Notes: generated by a model from the sequence alone, not told the origin. A stretch of 64,000 nucleotides of DNA from Thermodesulfobacteriota bacterium (GCA_049323935.1 JBMONN010000022.1:29890-93889); one strand, 5' to 3'. Shown: positions 1 through 10,867, counted from the first letter of the stretch. Program-made: numbers and translations.

Positions 1-204
1 GGCGAAGATCGCCTCGCAGACAAAACGGTCCACCTTGTTGTCAGCGACACCGACCTTGCGGCCCGCGCTGGCCACCAGGCAGAGACCCTGCACCGCGTGG
101 GTGAGCAGATCCTCCAGGTCGGCGAGTCCTTCATTCTTTCCGCAGACGCCCATGACGGTGCATCCAATACCCTTGGCCGTTTGTTCGCACTGGTTACAGA
201 ACAT
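1..204 (-). CDS. hcp: Hybrid cluster protein (hydroxylamine/NO reductase), 5' part, runs off the window
   Basis: Manual translation from ATG 204: MFCNQCEQTAKGIGCTVMGVCGK..., the Cx2Cx8Cx5C cubane motif of Hcp; GAGGAG RBS upstream. Not in the ORF track. Confidence 0.93.
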   Translation of the reverse strand, partial: MFCNQCEQTAKGIGCTVMGVCGKNEGLADLEDLLTHAVQGLCLVASAGRKVGVADNKVDRFVCEAIFA

Positions 205-308
205 GTTTTTGTCTCCTCGTGTAGTGATGGTCAGTGATATGTGGTTTCGATAATGACAGCACTGTTCTTTCTGTAAGACCAGGGTACCCTGTTACGGGAA
301 GGTCGTCC

Positions 309-322
309 TTGACCTAAGTCAA
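309..322. promoter_or_regulatory. FNR/Dnr/HcpR-type operator upstream of hcp
   Basis: Perfect TTGAC-N4-GTCAA palindrome (TTGACCTAAGTCAA) ~105 bp upstream of the hcp ATG; hcp is typically under CRP/FNR-family HcpR control. Confidence 0.75.
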
Positions 323-375
323 AAAGGCGTTTTTTTTTGTTTATCTCCTCCGTCTGGCAAAAATAGGGTCGATGA

Positions 376-948
376 TCAGGGCTGCGGCGTTCCTGGCCGA
401 GGAGGGAGATAGCCCGCGATCATCCGCCAGGCGCCTTGGGAATTCCAGTCCCGCGGGCCGATGTGTTTTTCCCGCAGAATGCCCTGCGCATCGATAATGT
501 AGGTTTCCGGCACGCCGGTGATGCCGTAGGCCGCGGCGACCCGTGACTCCGGATCGAGGAGAACGGGGAAGGTGTATCCTCGTTTGTCGGCCAGACTGGC
601 GGCCAGTTCCGGACGATCATTGCTGAGAATGGTGATCATCTGAAAGGGGGACTTGGCCATACCCCGGTGCAGCGCCTCCATGGAAGGCAGTTCCTCCTGG
701 CAGGGCGGGCACCAGGTGGCCCAGAAGTTGATAAAGACCACCTTGCCCCGCAGATCAGCGAGATTCCACTTTTTCCCCTGAATATCGGTGAGCGAGAACG
801 GCGGGGCCGGCTGGTTGATTGTCGCTTTGGCCGGCGCGGCAGGCCGGCGGTTGTCGCCGCAGGCGGTGAGAAGCACTGCGGCGGCCAGCAGCGGCAGGAA
901 GAGAAAGGAAAAGGGACAGCGTGTCTTCATCGGCACAGCCCTTTTCAT
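376..948 (-). CDS. TlpA/ResA-family thiol:disulfide oxidoreductase lipoprotein
   Basis: Lipobox LLTAC, FWATWCPPC, GVPETYIID; start overlaps the tpx stop; true start may be 930. Confidence 0.88.
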   Translation of the reverse strand: MKRAVPMKTRCPFSFLFLPLLAAAVLLTACGDNRRPAAPAKATINQPAPPFSLTDIQGKKWNLADLRGKVVFINFWATWCPPCQEELPSMEALHRGMAKSPFQMITILSNDRPELAASLADKRGYTFPVLLDPESRVAAAYGITGVPETYIIDAQGILREKHIGPRDWNSQGAWRMIAGYLPPRPGTPQP

Positions 949-1454
949 GCCAGGCCGGAAAGCGCCTGCAGGGCGGCGGCGTAATCAGGCTCCTGGGCAA
1001 TCTCCGGCACCAGCTGGCAATAACCGACCTTGCCGGTGCCGTCGATGATGACAATGGCCCGGGCAAGCAGACCGCGGACCGGACCGGAGGTGATCAGCAC
1101 CCCGTAGTCGCGGCCGAAATCCGGAGATCGGAACACGGAAAGGGGGATGACGTTCTTGATTCCCTCCACCTCGCAGAAACGCTGGTGGGCAAAGGGCAGG
1201 TCGGCGGAGATGCAGAGGACCACCGTGTTGGCGGCGCCGGCGGCGTCACTGTTGAAGCGGCGCACCGAGGCGGCGCAGACGGGGGTATCGATGCTGGGGA
1301 AGATGTTGAGGACGATCTTTTTGCCGGCGAATTCGGCAAGCGTGCAGTCGGCGAGGTCGGTCTTGCATAAGGTGAAGGAAGGGGCCATGCTGCCGGGGGC
1401 GGGCAGGTCGCCGATGGTGTCGAGGGCATTGTTGTGCAGGGTGATACGGGCCAT
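945..1454 (-). CDS. tpx: Thiol peroxidase (atypical 2-Cys peroxiredoxin)
   Basis: FPSIDTPVC and ISADLPFAHQRFC motifs; AAGGAG RBS. Confidence 0.95.
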   Translation of the reverse strand: MARITLHNNALDTIGDLPAPGSMAPSFTLCKTDLADCTLAEFAGKKIVLNIFPSIDTPVCAASVRRFNSDAAGAANTVVLCISADLPFAHQRFCEVEGIKNVIPLSVFRSPDFGRDYGVLITSGPVRGLLARAIVIIDGTGKVGYCQLVPEIAQEPDYAAALQALSGLA

Positions 1455-1478
1455 TGCGGTTCTCCTTGTGTGAATGGT

Positions 1479-1612
1479 TGATGGTCTCGTGAAACTGAAA
1501 ATTAACCACAGAGACCGCAGGGTGCACAGAGATAACTAATTGTAATTAAAAATGTTTTCTCTGTGTCCTCAGTGCGCTCTGTGGTGAAAAAAGACTTTTT
1601 ACGGGTTTGTCA
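1479..1612 (-). repeat. Family-A ~130 bp palindromic intergenic element, copy 1
   Basis: TGATGGTCTCGTGAAACT...ACCACAGAG arms...AGACTTTTTACGGGTTTGTCA; aligns by eye with nine other copies. Confidence 0.9.
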
Positions 1613-1660
1613 CAATTGTTGCTTTTTTGAAAGTCGAGCCTTCAGCCGGAAATTCGACCA

Positions 1661-3499
1661 TTATGCCGGTTCCCTGGCCTGTCCCGATGAAAGATGCTCT
1701 CCCGGCGTCATGCTGATCACCGTCCAGCCCGGTGCCGGGGCTATCTTGCTGTCTGCGGTGAAGATGACAAGGTCCCCATCCGGGGTGACGGCAAAGAGCG
1801 GGATGATATTCGCTTTATACTGTTGCATCAGTTTCTCATAGGTGAAGTGTTCCGTCAAGCCGGTGTTACGAATTTCCCACCCTTTTGTCAGGTTGGCGGC
1901 CAGGGTCGAGAAGGTGATGTCTTTGCCGAAAAGGATATTCCGGCAGGCCTGAGAGGTTGTTTTGCGGGAGTCGGCCATCTCCAGCTCGGAGGCCACCTGC
2001 AGCGAATAGACCTCGTTATAACCAAGCTCCACCCGGTAGTGAAGGCAGGAGAGGGCGTTGAGCGGCCCGCGCGGACTTAAGGCCAGCATCCGACCGACGC
2101 CGACCAGATCGAGATGACGGTTGGCGTGTTCGGAAACCGGTTCGCCATAGTAGGTCTCAAACCCCTCCATTCGCGCCTTGCTGATTTTTTCCCAGCTCGT
2201 GTCGACCAGCAGGCACCTGAATCCTTCCTGATTGAGGGCCCGGGCGATGGCCACGGCAACCATGTTGGCGCCGATGATGAGAATACCCTTTGGTTCCGGT
2301 TCGGCAATGCCGAGTCGGCGGGCGATCACGCCGGCGGTGGCGCTCTGGAGAACGACGGTGCCGATGATGACGATAAAGGTCAGCGGCACGAGAAGATGGG
2401 CGTCGCTGAATCCTTTTTCCTCAAGGTTGATGGCAAAAAGGGCGGAGATGGCGGCAGCGACGATGCCGCGCGGGGCGATCCAGGCAAGGACGTGGCGCTC
2501 CGGCCAGCTCAGTTTCGAACCGAGCGCGGAGAGCATGACGCTGACCGGACGAGAGATGAACTGGATGGCGACAAAGACGAGAAGGGCCCGCCAGCCGAGG
2601 CCGGTGAACATCTCGATGTTCATGCGGGCGGCGAGGATGATGAAGAGAACGGAAATCAGCAGAACACTTAAACTTTCCTTGAAATCGAGGATTTCTTCAA
2701 CCGGCACGTCCCGCATATTGGCCAGCCAGATGCCCATGACGGTGACGGTCAGCAGACCTGACTCATGTTGCAGGGTGTTGGAGAGGGCAAAAACGATGAA
2801 GACCAGCCCGAGGGTGGTGACATTGTGGAGAAATTGCGGAATAAGGTGGTGACGAAGGAGGAGGCCATAACAATAGCCGGACAGCGCGCCCATCAGAAAT
2901 CCGGTGCCGACCAGCCGTCCGAAGGCAAGCAGGGTGTGGCCCAGGGCGTTGCCGCTGCCTCCGGAGATGATGAATTCATAGACAAGAACGGCCAGGGTGG
3001 CGCCAACCGGATCGATGACAATGCCTTCCCAGCGTAGAATGCTGGCAACGGCGGCGCTGGGCCGGACGGTGCGCAGCATGGGGACGATCACGGTGGGGCC
3101 GGTAACCACCGTCACCGCACCGAAGAGGAGGGCAATCTGCCAGGAAAAGTCGAGGGCATAGCGCGTGACCACGGCGGTGATGAGCCAGGTCAGCAGAACG
3201 CCGAGGGAAACAAGATTCTGCACCACCTTGCGCAGGCCGATGATCTGATGGTAGCGCAGGGTGAGACTGCCCTCGAAGAGGATGACGGCAACGGACAGGG
3301 AGATAAAGGGAAAGAGCAGGTCGCCGAACAGGGTGTCGGAGTTCAGCAAACCGGTGAGGGGACCGGCGATGATGCCGGTGAAAAGGAGAAAGAGAATGGC
3401 GGGCAGCTTTACCCGCCAGGCGAGCCACTGGCAGAGGATGCCGACAAAGATGACGGCGGCGAGGACGAACGCCTTGTCAGCGAGGAGAGCTGTGGTCAT
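1661..3499 (-). CDS. CPA1/NhaP-type cation:proton antiporter with C-terminal TrkA_N domain
   Basis: Many TM helices, VTGPTVIVP, WEGIVIDP, APRGIVAAA, then Rossmann-like GILIIGAN; start placed at MTTALL (3499). Confidence 0.88.
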   Translation of the reverse strand: MTTALLADKAFVLAAVIFVGILCQWLAWRVKLPAILFLLFTGIIAGPLTGLLNSDTLFGDLLFPFISLSVAVILFEGSLTLRYHQIIGLRKVVQNLVSLGVLLTWLITAVVTRYALDFSWQIALLFGAVTVVTGPTVIVPMLRTVRPSAAVASILRWEGIVIDPVGATLAVLVYEFIISGGSGNALGHTLLAFGRLVGTGFLMGALSGYCYGLLLRHHLIPQFLHNVTTLGLVFIVFALSNTLQHESGLLTVTVMGIWLANMRDVPVEEILDFKESLSVLLISVLFIILAARMNIEMFTGLGWRALLVFVAIQFISRPVSVMLSALGSKLSWPERHVLAWIAPRGIVAAAISALFAINLEEKGFSDAHLLVPLTFIVIIGTVVLQSATAGVIARRLGIAEPEPKGILIIGANMVAVAIARALNQEGFRCLLVDTSWEKISKARMEGFETYYGEPVSEHANRHLDLVGVGRMLALSPRGPLNALSCLHYRVELGYNEVYSLQVASELEMADSRKTTSQACRNILFGKDITFSTLAANLTKGWEIRNTGLTEHFTYEKLMQQYKANIIPLFAVTPDGDLVIFTADSKIAPAPGWTVISMTPGEHLSSGQAREPA

Positions 3500-4454
3500 T
3501 ATCCGACTCCTGGGGAAATTCCCGGCAGGGATCCTCCTGCTCGCGGCAGGAGGGGCGGTCGAGGTGGATATCATCCCAGGCCGCGGGATCGGTCAATGGT
3601 TCGAGATGGGTAAACACCGAGACATTGGGGATGGCGCGGCGAATGTTCTCCTCAATCTCCTCCAGCAGTTGATGGCCCCGGAGGACGGTCCAGTCGGCCG
3701 GGGTCAGCACATGAAAGGAGACGAATTTGCGCGCCCCGGACTGGCGGGTGCGCAAGGCATGGTAGTCGATGCCCGATTTTTTGTACTCGTCGAGGATGCG
3801 GCAGATGGTGTGCCGATCCGCCGGCGGCAGCGCGGTATCCATCAGGCCGAGTACTGCCTCCTTGACAATGCCGATGCCGGTGCGGATGATGTTGGCGGCA
3901 ACGAGCAGGGCAATGAGCGGATCGAGTCGCTGCCAGCCGGTGAGGGCGACGGCGCCGACCCCGGCCAGAACCCCGGCCGAGGTCCAGACATCGGTGAGCA
4001 GGTGGTGGGCATTGGCCTGGAGGGTGACGGAATGGAATCTCTTGCCTGCCCGGATCAGCACCAGGGCAACCAGCAGGTTGATGAGCGAAGCGACAAAGGA
4101 GACGGCAATTCCCACACCGATCTGCTCCAGGGGGACCGGATGGAAGAGCCGCGGCATGGCGGTCAGGGCAATGCTGCCGGCGGCAAGGATAATGAGTCCG
4201 CCCTCGACGCCGCTTGAAAAATATTCCGCCTTGCTGTGGCCGTAGGCATGGTTGTCGTCCTCCGGGAGAGCGGCGATTTTCAGCATGATCAGGGCGAGGA
4301 CGGCGCCGATGAGGTTGACCACCGATTCCAGGGCATCGGAGAGCAGACCGACCGAACCGGTCAGCAGATAAGCGACGGTTTTCAGGACAATGGTGGCGAG
4401 AGCCGCGCCGATGGAAAGCCAGGCGAATCTGGTCAGGCGTGGTGCAGTGGTCAT
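3477..4454 (-). CDS. Cation diffusion facilitator (FieF-like) transporter
   Basis: GSVGLLSDALES, HAYGHSKAEY, HHLLTDVWTS, HLEP; start placed at MTTAPRL. Confidence 0.9.
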   Translation of the reverse strand: MTTAPRLTRFAWLSIGAALATIVLKTVAYLLTGSVGLLSDALESVVNLIGAVLALIMLKIAALPEDDNHAYGHSKAEYFSSGVEGGLIILAAGSIALTAMPRLFHPVPLEQIGVGIAVSFVASLINLLVALVLIRAGKRFHSVTLQANAHHLLTDVWTSAGVLAGVGAVALTGWQRLDPLIALLVAANIIRTGIGIVKEAVLGLMDTALPPADRHTICRILDEYKKSGIDYHALRTRQSGARKFVSFHVLTPADWTVLRGHQLLEEIEENIRRAIPNVSVFTHLEPLTDPAAWDDIHLDRPSCREQEDPCREFPQESDNDHSSPR

Positions 4455-4461
4455 AAGCGGT

Positions 4462-5019
4462 TCAGTAGGGGCGCTGGCCGATGATATTGCCGGCCGGGGC
4501 GTAGAGGCAGAGCCACACCTGGGATTTGTCCTCACAGACCGCCCTGGCGCAGCCCACCGCAGTGGTGGCGGCCCAGACGATCTGGGTATAGTGGCCGCAG
4601 CTCTCACCCATCGGTGCTTCACAGGTATTGGTGGCGCGGGTATACCATTGTTTTTCGGAGGCCCAGGCGGCAACGACCTTTTCCGCCGGGATCTTCTGCT
4701 CGGCGTTGCGCCACTTCCACATGCCGAAGGCGTTTTTCTCGGTGGCGGTTTGCAGGGGACTGGCCCAGTAAAGGTTTTCGCCAGGACCGTTGTGTTGCAT
4801 CCGGCAGCCGTTTTCCTTCATTTGGCCGATATAACGCCTGGCCTTGCCCGCCAGCTCTTCGGACCAGTGCAGCGGCTTCACCCCGACCGCGCGCCTGATC
4901 CTGTTATGGCTGGCCACGGTGGCGTCAGCTTGCAGCGATTCGGCCCGCAGCGGAGCAGCAGCGGCCACCAGAAAAAAACTTGTCAGAGACAAGCAGATCA
5001 GCCTGGAAAATCGAGGCAC
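4462..5019 (-). CDS. Secreted CAP/SCP (PR-1-like) protein
   Basis: Signal peptide, HNRIR, GENLYW, CGHYTQIVW, C-terminus CLYAPAGNIIGQRPY. Confidence 0.92.
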   Translation of the reverse strand: MPRFSRLICLSLTSFFLVAAAAPLRAESLQADATVASHNRIRRAVGVKPLHWSEELAGKARRYIGQMKENGCRMQHNGPGENLYWASPLQTATEKNAFGMWKWRNAEQKIPAEKVVAAWASEKQWYTRATNTCEAPMGESCGHYTQIVWAATTAVGCARAVCEDKSQVWLCLYAPAGNIIGQRPY

Positions 5020-5158
5020 TTTTTTTCCTCCAGCGGCCCGGACAAAAAAAACGAAACCAACAGGTCGGGCCGACTATGTCTTTTCCTTAGCATCAAACAG
5101 ACCATTTTTCCAGCAGGAAATAGCCAAGGTTTTTTTTTAATTTCCTTTTTTTTGCTCC

Positions 5159-5211
5159 TTGACAACCTTTTGAAAAAAAAATAAAGAAATCATGAATGAA
5201 GAGCCATTCAT
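5159..5211 (+). promoter_or_regulatory. Candidate sigma70 promoter and operator palindrome for the carbonic anhydrase gene
   Basis: TTGACA at 5159, weak -10 (TAAAGA) 17 bp later, then ATGAATG-N6-CATTCAT at 5192-5211. Confidence 0.45.
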
Positions 5212-5229
5212 TAGATTTTTTTTACCCAC

Positions 5230-5394
5230 AGAGCCTGTTGCATAATGACGACAATTGTGTGTGTTGTCATTCCGGGCAAACGCAGCGCGACCAAAAATCC
5301 AGCATATAATCTGGATTTCCGTTGGAGTTTATCCTCGCGAAGCGGGGATCGGAATGACATCAGAAGAAATTTCATTCATTGTGCAAAAGCCTCT
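5230..5394. mobile_element. Family-B MITE-like element with a nested REP-like palindrome
   Basis: Imperfect terminal IR AGAGCCTGTTGCATAATGA / TCATTGTGCAAAAGCCTCT; inside TGTCATTCCG...AAATCCAG / CTGGATTT...CGGAATGACA. Confidence 0.65.
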
Positions 5395-5425
5395 ATAAGA
5401 ATACTTCTAAAGGAGGAGAGAAAAG

Positions 5426-6223
5426 ATGAAAAAGATGAAAAAGATGATGCGATCACTGGTGTTGGGCTGTTGTTTTGTCGCTGCTGCCGCATTGCAGGTC
5501 GATGCCAGCGGCCATGGCGGCGCCGGCAAGCCGAACCCGGATGCGGCGATCAAGATGCTGCAGGAGGGCAATGCCCGTTTTGTCGCCAATAAGTCGATTC
5601 ATCCCCACTCCGACACCCAGCGCCTGATCCAGGCCGGCAAGGAGAATCAGGGCGACCACGCTTATGCCACCGTTATCAGCTGTTCCGATTCCCGCGTGCC
5701 GGTGGAGCGTATCTTTGACGCCGGCGTCATGGATATCTTCATCATCCGGGTGGCGGGCAACGTCATTGATGTCGACGAGGCGGGCTCCATCGAATACGGC
5801 CTCGCCCATGTCAATACCCCGGTGCTGGTTGTCCTCGGCCACACCCAGTGCGGCGCGGTCACCGCGGTGACAAATGAGCTGCAGGGCCACGGCCATCCGC
5901 TGGAGAGAAATATCCCTCCCTTGGTGGACAATATCATTCCGGCAGTGAAACGGGCGATGGAAGCCCATCCCGATGTGCATGGCAAGGAGATCGTTCCTTA
6001 CGGCATTGAGGAGAATATCTGGCAGGGCATCGAGGATCTGTTCATGAACAGTCCGGCCACCCGCGAGATCGTCAAGAGCGGCAAGGCCAAGGTGGTAGGC
6101 GCCATGTATGATGTCGGCACCGGCAAGGTGGACTGGTTGCCGGAGGCCAAGGTGACCGAAATCCTCAATAAGGTGGAAAGCAATCCGAAGCGGGCGATGG
6201 AGGCCATGGCCGGCGGCCACTGA
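5426..6223 (+). CDS. Beta-class carbonic anhydrase with signal peptide
   Basis: CSDSRV, RVAGN, GSIEYG, GHTQCG; AGGAGG RBS; signal peptide ending near VDA. Confidence 0.93.
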   Translation: MKKMKKMMRSLVLGCCFVAAAALQVDASGHGGAGKPNPDAAIKMLQEGNARFVANKSIHPHSDTQRLIQAGKENQGDHAYATVISCSDSRVPVERIFDAGVMDIFIIRVAGNVIDVDEAGSIEYGLAHVNTPVLVVLGHTQCGAVTAVTNELQGHGHPLERNIPPLVDNIIPAVKRAMEAHPDVHGKEIVPYGIEENIWQGIEDLFMNSPATREIVKSGKAKVVGAMYDVGTGKVDWLPEAKVTEILNKVESNPKRAMEAMAGGH

Positions 6224-6247
6224 TCGAAGCGCTGATCGGTCGTGCAA

Positions 6248-6292
6248 TGGGGGGGCGGGTCCGGGTAAGGGATCCGTCCCCCCCTTTTTTTT
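6248..6292 (+). terminator. Rho-independent terminator
   Basis: GGGGGGCGGGTCC...GGATCCGTCCCCCC hairpin followed by a T run. Confidence 0.75.
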
Positions 6293-6512
6293 CCTCTTCC
6301 ACCGTCCCCGCTGGTATCTTTCTTCTGCTGGCAGGCATGCCAATCATAAAAAAAGTGACGACCGGTGGCAATAACTGCTTGTTTCCGGCGGCAGCCGTGG
6401 TAATGATCATCCCCGGTGGCGGAGAGTTCGGATCTACTGCCGCCGGTCGGCATGGGGCCGGCAGCGGCGGCAACGGCCCGATCGCCACACAGAGGGGGGA
6501 AAGAGAGCTGCC

Positions 6513-7967
6513 ATGGAGACCTTACGGCACACAACGACAATAAGAAGACGCATGAACCTGCTCAATGTTCTTGTCTTCATCTTCATCGCCTTTCTGATCG
6601 TCGCTTATACTCTGCAGTTTTATTCCATGGAGAAAAATCTGCTTATCCTTGAGGATTTTCATGATCTCTTCGACAACGTGCTTGAGGTGCGGCGCTATGA
6701 AAAGAATTATCTGCTCGGGGTCGGTTCCGAGAACATCGATACCATTCTCGACTATCTCGACACCATCGATGAGGACATCGACCGCCAGGAGGACAATATC
6801 GTCCGACTGACCGGCCGAGAACGGCTGGGGAACTTTCGAACCATTGTCGATGAATACCGTGCCATCTTTGCCGGTTCCCATTCCCCCGGCCCCGAGGATG
6901 CGGAGCGCATGCAGATCGACGAGGTGAGCGTACGCGCCAAGGGCATGGAGATGGTGGAATTCACCAAAGTGCTGCTTGACGACAAGCAGAAAAGCATCCG
7001 CAACAGTCTGAAACTGACGATCATCGGTTTTGTTGTCCTCACCGGTGATTTTTTCTTTTTCATCATCGTCGGCATGTATTATCAGGCGAAAAGCGTTCTC
7101 GACCGGATCGCCTTTGTCCAACAGGCGACCCGCAACGTTCTCAAGGGTAATTTCGAGCCGATCATCTGTGCCAATGACAAGCAGGACGAAATCACCGACC
7201 TGATTGACGCCTTCAACAAGATGGCCTCCGAACTTGAGAGCCGGCAGGAACAGCTCATTCAATCTCGCAAACTGGCCTCCATCGGCACCTTCTCCTCGGG
7301 CATCGCCCACGAATTGAACAACCCCCTCAATAACATCTCCCTGTCGGCCGATACCCTGCTGGAGGAGTATTCGTCCCTTTCCGAGGAAGAGGTTCGGGAG
7401 ATTCTGACCGATATCATTACCCAGACCGATCGCGCCACCGAGGTGGTCAGAAATCTGCTCGATTTTTCCCGGGATAATCCGCCATCCACCAAACCGCTGC
7501 ATGTCAAGCAGATCGTCGCCGCAACCCGCAAACTGATCGCCAACGAGCTGCGCCTCAAGGCCATCTGGCTGGAGGATTACATCCCTGATGATCTGCCCCT
7601 CCTCATGGGCGACATGCATAAGCTTCAGCAGGTCTTTCTCAACCTGTTCGTCAATTCGATTTATGTCATGCCGGAAGGCGGTCTGATCCATATCGATGCC
7701 CGTCAGGAGCCGGCCGGATATGTGAGAATCAATGTCAGCGACACCGGCAGCGGCATCGCACCGGAGAAGGTGGGGCATATTTTCGATCCGTTTTTCACCA
7801 CCAAGGAGGTGGGGAAGGGGACCGGACTCGGTCTTTCCATTGTCTATGGCATCGTCAAAAAACATGGCGGCTATATCGAGGTAAAGAGTAAAATCAATGT
7901 CGGCACCATGTTTTCCATCTATCTGCCGATGGCGTCGGATGCCGGGCCACAATCGTTGCCGGCATGA
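6513..7967 (+). CDS. Membrane sensor histidine kinase (HAMP, HisKA, HATPase)
   Basis: Two TM helices, HAMP, AHELNNPL, NLFVN, DTGSGI, FFTTK, GTGLGL. Confidence 0.95.
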   Translation: METLRHTTTIRRRMNLLNVLVFIFIAFLIVAYTLQFYSMEKNLLILEDFHDLFDNVLEVRRYEKNYLLGVGSENIDTILDYLDTIDEDIDRQEDNIVRLTGRERLGNFRTIVDEYRAIFAGSHSPGPEDAERMQIDEVSVRAKGMEMVEFTKVLLDDKQKSIRNSLKLTIIGFVVLTGDFFFFIIVGMYYQAKSVLDRIAFVQQATRNVLKGNFEPIICANDKQDEITDLIDAFNKMASELESRQEQLIQSRKLASIGTFSSGIAHELNNPLNNISLSADTLLEEYSSLSEEEVREILTDIITQTDRATEVVRNLLDFSRDNPPSTKPLHVKQIVAATRKLIANELRLKAIWLEDYIPDDLPLLMGDMHKLQQVFLNLFVNSIYVMPEGGLIHIDARQEPAGYVRINVSDTGSGIAPEKVGHIFDPFFTTKEVGKGTGLGLSIVYGIVKKHGGYIEVKSKINVGTMFSIYLPMASDAGPQSLPA

Positions 7968-7999
7968 TGGGGCGCACGATTTTTTCGAGGAAAGGACGC

Positions 8000-9382
<1,383 letters not shown>

Positions 9383-9442
9383 TGGGTTGCCTTGGCCCTC
9401 ATTGTTTTCCGCTCTCCCGTTTCCCTCCTTCGCATCCCGGTT

Positions 9443-9621
9443 CTTTTCAATATGAAACACTGCCGGGGTGTCTGCACAACCTCTCTCCCATCCGATCCGA
9501 CCTGGTTTCAGCTGGGCTGTTTCAGTCTGAAACATGGCGGCACGACCACGGTTCCCTCAGGTTCGCCACTTCGCAGAAGTAATCAACAGTTTGTTCTGTG
9601 ATTGCGTTTCAGAATGAAACA
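9443..9621. promoter_or_regulatory. Three candidate enhancer (UAS) palindromes and an IHF consensus site
   Basis: TGTTTCA-N3-TGAAACA perfect at 9518-9534, near-perfect at 9605-9621 and 9443-9459; AATCAAcagtTTG at 9581-9593. Confidence 0.75.
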
Positions 9622-9826
9622 AGCGATCGTGAGCCTGCCGTTGTCTTTTTCAGCCTCTTTTTGGGAAAATTGCCTAATTTCAATAAGATAGTATGGTGTC
9701 CGCAATGAGGTCCGCTGGCCGCCGGTTCAGCTAGGTCTAGCACCGGAAACGGCCAGTGTTCTGTCGTTATTTTTTTTGTGTCATAATTATCTGAAATTTC
9801 AAAGATTATTTTCATTTTTTTTCATC

Positions 9827-9842
9827 TGGCATCACCTTTGCT
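9827..9842 (+). promoter_or_regulatory. Sigma54 -24/-12 promoter
   Basis: TGGCATCACCTTTGCT, GG-N10-GC spacing, ~90 bp upstream of ATG 9934 and downstream of an NtrC-type gene. Confidence 0.85.
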
Positions 9843-9933
9843 CAAAGGGGGAGGCAAAAGTCAGCCGGATGGTCCGGCGCAAAGGCAAGATGACAGAAGG
9901 GCATCAGCACCCCGGAAAAAGGAGAGAGGAACA

Positions 9934-10866
9934 ATGTGGCATATGTATCTTCCCATCGCGGGAAACAGTGTGAACATCCTGACCATATTCGGTCTGGGAG
10001 GTTTTGTCGGATTACTATCCGGCATTTTTGGTGTTGGCGGCGGGTTTCTCATGACCCCGCTGCTCATGATGTTCGGTATCCCGGCCACCGTGGCGGCCGC
10101 CTCGGATTCCAATCAGATCGTCGGGGCCTCGACTTCGGGAACCCTGGCCCACTGGCGGCTCGGTAATGTCGATGTCAAGATGGGACTGCTGCTGCTCGTC
10201 GGCGGCCTCGTCGGCGGCACCCTGGGGGTGCAGATCATCAAGGTGCTGCGCGCCATGGGTAATGCCGATTTTCTCATCAGCGTCACCTACGTCGTCATGC
10301 TGGGCGGGGTCGGTTCTTATATGTTCATTGAGAGTCTGCAGGCGCTGAAAAAAGATAAGACCGTTGTCACCGAGGAGAGGCCGGTGGTGAAAAAGGAATC
10401 GGGTTACGCCCGGCTGATGAAAAAACTGCCGCTGCAGAGCCGGTTCGAAAAATCCGGGGTGGAGACATCCATGCTGGTGCCGCTCTTTTTCGGAACCATG
10501 GTCGGTGTCCTGGCCGCAATCATGGGGGTCGGTGGCGGTTTCATCATGGTGCCGGTCATGGTCTATCTGCTGCGGATGCCGATGCATGTCGTTGTCGGCA
10601 CCAGTCTGTTCCAGATTCTTTTTACCTGCGTCAACGTCACCATCATGCAGGCCAAAAGCAATCACACCGTTGATTTCATCCTGGCCGTCCTGCTCTTGCT
10701 CGGCTCCACCATCGGCGCCCAGGTCGGCACCAAGGTCAGCAAAAAACTCAAGGGAGACCAGTTAAAGATCCTGCTGGCCAGTCTGGTGCTGCTGGTCTGC
10801 GTCAAGATGCTGGCCGGATTGCTGTTGCCCCCGGACTTTATGATCGCCATGAAAGGAGGACACTGA
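9934..10866 (+). CDS. TauE/SafE (TSUP) family membrane protein
   Basis: Two GVGGGF repeats, MPMHVVVGTSLFQ, about 8 TM helices; start MWHMYLPIAG after an RBS. Confidence 0.9.
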   Translation: MWHMYLPIAGNSVNILTIFGLGGFVGLLSGIFGVGGGFLMTPLLMMFGIPATVAAASDSNQIVGASTSGTLAHWRLGNVDVKMGLLLLVGGLVGGTLGVQIIKVLRAMGNADFLISVTYVVMLGGVGSYMFIESLQALKKDKTVVTEERPVVKKESGYARLMKKLPLQSRFEKSGVETSMLVPLFFGTMVGVLAAIMGVGGGFIMVPVMVYLLRMPMHVVVGTSLFQILFTCVNVTIMQAKSNHTVDFILAVLLLLGSTIGAQVGTKVSKKLKGDQLKILLASLVLLVCVKMLAGLLLPPDFMIAMKGGH

Positions 10867-10867
10867 C

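Noticed and set aside
1563-1841. Short ORFs starting inside family-A repeats (also 28237, 35396, 53242, 57144, 62059)
   Set aside because: Their SVxSVV-like peptides are translations of the 9-bp repeat units, not independent genes.
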